Part shown: one piece after another, positions 23,151-24,172 of the stretch
Layout of the letters: each line of letters begins with the position of its first letter
Numbering within the stretch: position 1 is the stretch's first letter
NCBI GenBank assembly: GCA_024704765.1
Contig: JAKMXF010000100.1
Span: 1-24,172, forward strand
Source: Oopsacas minuta
Lineage: Eukaryota > Animalia > Porifera
Direction of reading: 5' to 3'
DNA length: 24,172 nucleotides
The notes under the pieces: generated by a model
Databases searched by the model: none
The model's input: the letters and a program-made list of their open reading frames with translations, nothing else
What the model was told of the DNA's origin: nothing
Translations under genes and position numbers: made by a program

Positions 23151-23578
23151 GTTCATACAAACATAAATAATATGGTGATAAAGTTGGCACGTTCTAGAGT
23201 TATCGTAGTGACTTTGGATAGCATATTTTGGTCAAGCTTGTAAACTGACAATCTTTAGAGTTATACGTAGGCAAATCGTCTTGCGAACAGGTTCTATATA
23301 CTCAACTTCCCAAACCATGATAATACATTATAATGTCAATCTCGGTGTTTTAAGACGAAACCATCAATTATAACAACACAAAGTGTTAAACAATTCATGT
23401 CGTAATATAGATATTATCTGTAATTTAAGTAACCATTCTAGACGATTGAATCATGATAATCTGAATTAAAATTTATTTTGTATATGCTTCATGAATTCAT
23501 AATTAGTATTCTAGTTGATATTAGCTGATATTCTTCTTTACCCAGGAATATTAATTCCTAGCTTTCTTTAGTGTTTCC

Positions 23579-23880
23579 ATGGTTACCGAATACGCTATTG
23601 ATGTCCGAAATCGTGCAATTGGTATGATTATAGCAGGCATGTCTTAAACGAAAGTTTCTCATGCTCTGAAGATTAATTGACGCACAACACAGCGTTGCTG
23701 GGCACTTTCCAGAGATGGTAAATCGTTGAGAAACAAACCTGGACGTGGTTGAAAACATTCCCTATCCAAAGCAGCGAAAATCATAATTGCTAAATCGCTT
23801 TCCAAACCTCAAAAATCAGCTAGGATATTGACAAAGAATTTGAGAAGCAGAGGCATAGTAGCAGTTTTCTCACGTACTGT
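23579..23880 (+). pseudogene. Tc1-family transposase N-terminal HTH fragment
   Basis: MVTEYAIDVRNRAIGMIIAGMS*TKVSHALKIN*RTTQR...KPGRG, then in a shifted frame LSKAAKIIIAKS...SARIL. This is a paired-like HTH with a GRPR-like linker, truncated by the next element. Confidence 0.75.
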
Positions 23881-23889
23881 ATTGAATTA

Positions 23890-24050
23890 CAGTAAACATT
23901 GGATTTAACGACATCTGCTTTAACGACAAATCGCTTATAACGACTCATTTTGCTGCCCAGAATCTCACAGCATTATTCTGCACACACCATACCTCGGGTA
24001 TAACGACCTGTCAGATAACGACACATTGAATTTAGCGACATATTTTCTAT
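23890..24050 (+). mobile_element. Left part of a pogo/Tigger-type MITE
   Basis: TA|CAGTAAAC start, five TAACGAC copies (23906, 23921, 23938, 24001, 24016) and one TAGCGAC. Right end not clearly identified. Confidence 0.6.
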
Positions 24051-24172
24051 GCCTGCTCCATGCAAATCCAATTGGATATTACGACTTTTGGGCTGTCTAT
24101 ACTGTGGACTTAAGAAAAGTGTACTAGTGAATTATTAAGGTTTTAATAATTGATTTAATTATAAAACAATTA

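Overview
AT-rich eukaryotic (animal-type) DNA, almost entirely decayed transposons. I see no prokaryotic operon, rRNA, tRNA gene or CRISPR array. The only convincing host coding sequence is one 129-bp internal exon of a heterotrimeric G-protein alpha subunit (12308-12436, minus strand), which looks most like the G-alpha-v class. I could not find its neighbouring exons, so the window is probably two introns of more than 11 kb each. Two different, heavily disrupted THAP/P-element transposases point towards this exon. P1 (+, 6185 to ~9060) is bracketed by a 69-bp inverted repeat. P2 (-, 17457 to ~14350) has CATAG...CTATG TIRs and a 63-bp intron inside its THAP finger. Also present: a decayed hAT transposase, a second hAT fragment, an internally deleted Gypsy pol with a perfect hairpin at the junction, a Tc1 N-terminus, two long foldback elements, several MITEs (some with TSDs) and microsatellites. 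An exact Tn5/Nextera mosaic end (8322-8340) inside P1 is almost certainly an assembly artefact. I found no evidence for a new multi-gene system. All calls are from reading the sequence by eye, without database searches.
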